Shown here piece after piece: positions 62,080 through 64,000 of a stretch of 64,000 nucleotides of DNA (within the stretch, counting starts at the first letter, position 1; every line of letters starts with the position of its first letter). The notes beneath the pieces are model-generated. The model saw nothing but the letters and a program-made list of their open reading frames with translations, had not been told where the DNA came from and did no database searches. Origin of the DNA: a candidate division FCPU426 bacterium (lineage in GTDB: Bacteria; Oederibacteriota; Muellerivitia; Muellerivitales; Muellerivitaceae); contig CAWCKJ010000010.1 of the NCBI GenBank assembly GCA_963796105.1, positions 64,001-128,000 of the forward strand, read 5' to 3'. The position numbers and the translations under genes are program-made.

Positions 62080-63117
62080 ATGAAAATTCTTAAAATCTAC
62101 GGAATCGTATTTCTATTAATCTTCGCCATTTTCGCGTTTATTTTCATTCCCACCTTCTTCCTACCGGGCGGAAACATCGACATCCCCGTTTATTCCAAAA
62201 GCACGGCCAGGTCCATCGCCAGGAGCCTCAAGGAAAAGGGCATCATCCATTTCGCCCTGCCGTTCCGCCTCCTATCCAAGGCCATTCACGCTGACCGCAG
62301 GCTCCAGGCGGGTTTGTATCGATTGAGCCAGCGCATGAGCCTTTGGGAGGTGCTTTCAGCCCTTTCCCAGGGAAAAAGCGAGCTGTTATCCCTTAAAGTC
62401 CCGGAGGGCTTCACGACCGAGCAGATTGCGCAGGAAATGGAAAAGTTGAAAGCTTCCACCGCTGAGGAATTCCTGAAGGCCGCGAGGGACCAAGAACTTC
62501 TCAAGAAACTGGGTATCCACGGGCCTAGCCTGGAAGGGTACCTTTTTCCCGAAACCTACCGGATTCCCATGGCGGCCAGCCCGGAAGCCCTATTAGAACT
62601 CATGGTCCGCCAGTTCCAGGATTCGGTGGGGGATGATTTCGAGGCCAAGTGCAAGGTGCAGGGTCTGACGCCCTACCAACTGGTGACGCTCGCCTCCATC
62701 ATCGAGAAGGAAGCCAAGACGGACGATGACAGGAGCATGATCGCGGGGGTTCTCTACAACCGCCTCCGCCAGAAGATCCGCCTGCAAGTCAACGCCCCCT
62801 TGAATTACATCCTGAGCAGTAAGAATCCCTGGGTCACGAACGAGCAGATCAATACCCAATCCCCCTACAACACCTACCAGCACAGGGGACTGCCTCCGAC
62901 CCCCATTTGCAATCCGGGATTGGCCTCAATCCAGGCGGCCCTGGCTCCGGCCCAGGTGCCCTACCTTTATTACGTCGGCAAGGGTGACGGCACCAACTTG
63001 TACGCTACCACGCTTGAGGAACACAAAAAGAACGTCATCATCGCCAAGAGAATCCGGAGAACCCAGAGGGCCAACAGTTTGTTGAAAGCTGCCGGGGACC
63101 TGGGGAACTCGAAATGA
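62080..63117 (+). CDS. mltG: Endolytic transglycosylase
   Basis: TM, PEG, LEGYLFPETY, LASIIEKE, SPYNTY..GLPPTPI.NPG. Confidence 0.93.
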   Translation: MKILKIYGIVFLLIFAIFAFIFIPTFFLPGGNIDIPVYSKSTARSIARSLKEKGIIHFALPFRLLSKAIHADRRLQAGLYRLSQRMSLWEVLSALSQGKSELLSLKVPEGFTTEQIAQEMEKLKASTAEEFLKAARDQELLKKLGIHGPSLEGYLFPETYRIPMAASPEALLELMVRQFQDSVGDDFEAKCKVQGLTPYQLVTLASIIEKEAKTDDDRSMIAGVLYNRLRQKIRLQVNAPLNYILSSKNPWVTNEQINTQSPYNTYQHRGLPPTPICNPGLASIQAALAPAQVPYLYYVGKGDGTNLYATTLEEHKKNVIIAKRIRRTQRANSLLKAAGDLGNSK

Positions 63118-63404
63118 AAAAATGCCACGCCTGCGGGGAGCCCTGGGAGGGCTTTCCTGGGACCCAGCCCGGACGGGAGGAGTCCTGCGAGAAATGCGGG
63201 GCGTACCTCCACTGCTGTTTGAATTGCCGGCACCATTCACCGACGGCCCACCACGAGTGCATGAGCTCCACCACCGAGTATGTCCAAAACAAGGAAGGAA
63301 AGAATTTTTGCGAGGAATTCGAGTTCACTGGTAAGGGCCAGGGAGGGTCCACTGGTTCCAAAAACGACATGGAAGATAAATGGAAAAACATATTCGGAAG
63401 CTGA
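63114..63404 (+). CDS. Small Cys-rich putative zinc-binding protein
   Basis: CHAC, CEKC..LHCCLNC, C, NFC.EF; coupled to mltG stop. Confidence 0.75.
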   Translation: MKKCHACGEPWEGFPGTQPGREESCEKCGAYLHCCLNCRHHSPTAHHECMSSTTEYVQNKEGKNFCEEFEFTGKGQGGSTGSKNDMEDKWKNIFGS

Positions 63405-63428
63405 AGCCATAAATCAAAATCCTGTCTA

Positions 63429-63523
63429 GCCACGTGCCAGCCTACCATAAGGCAGTTGAAAGAGACTGGTACAGTACCGATCTCAATATATTTTTATGGA
63501 TGATCGGCACGGATTCAGGGGAT
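63429..63523. repeat. ~95-bp structured direct repeat, copy 2
   Basis: Near-identical to 61203-61298. Confidence 0.9.
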
Positions 63524-63836
63524 GCACTAGATAGCGATAAAAAGGATTTAGATAAGCTATAGATCGTGTTCCATGACCAAGCCTGCGGACCGTGGAAAAA
63601 TTAATTTTTCCATCGGCCGTCTGCATGGTCATAACGCCCATTGGGCGCAAGGGCTTTGCCCTTGGCACGATCCTAAGCAAGTTACCCAATTTGGTTTTAT
63701 AACCGTGAACTCTGTGGTTTCGAAGAAACCTGTGGTGAAATGTAGTTTCTTTTGAATAATTTCTGGCTTTGACTGATTAAGTTCCCGCCCAATAGGTATT
63801 CCAGCTAAACATAGGTTTTCTCAAGTGTTTTTATGC

Positions 63837-63998
63837 TTATGCACAAAGTGACCGTGCTGTAATGGGTTTTGCTAAGGCACATGCGGTCAAAGCACGGTGA
63901 AATAAGGAATCGGGATCATGACGACGGTTGAACCGATAGGCATATTCACTTAGATACCGGCCTAAATACTTAGCATCAACGCCATGATGAGTTCCAAT
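63837..63998 (-). CDS. IS1595-family (ISXO2-like) transposase, C-terminal fragment (truncated by window end; absent from ORF track)
   Basis: Manual translation IGTHHGVDAKYLGRYLSEYAYRFNRRHDPDSLFHRALTACALAKPITARSLCA*; GT.H.V...L..YL.E..YRFNRR signature. Confidence 0.88.
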   Translation of the reverse strand: MGTHHGVDAKYLGRYLSEYAYRFNRRHDPDSLFHRALTACALAKPITARSLCA

Positions 63999-64000
63999 GA

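Overview
Chromosomal segment of a diderm bacterium (it encodes a PilQ secretin and also CdaA/CdaR), bounded at both window edges by truncated transposases (IS4 family left, IS1595 family right). It is mostly core genes: hemH and a hemD-hemE fusion; a surface-glycan cluster (methyltransferase, Trm112, two GT4, a GT-C-like membrane protein, AsnB); efp-accB-accC; comB-like, thiD2-like, thiC; ferredoxin; dnaJ-rsmE-aroE; a type IVa pilus locus pilBTC-pilMNOPQ with aroCKB and two roadblock (MglB/MglC-like) genes; three tRNAs; folate genes; metF; tilS-ftsH-folE-folP-cdaA-cdaR-pdxJ; alaS-ruvX-[insert]-mltG. The most unusual content is non-coding. A 1.3 kb block after ruvX holds three distinct short-period repeat arrays, two with 21/22-bp periodicity, and a dispersed family of hairpin-bearing CCAC(A/G)G elements and REP/MITE-like nested palindromes sits at the borders of small AT-rich accessory genes and a HigBA module. 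All product calls come from recognising motifs by eye; no database search was run.
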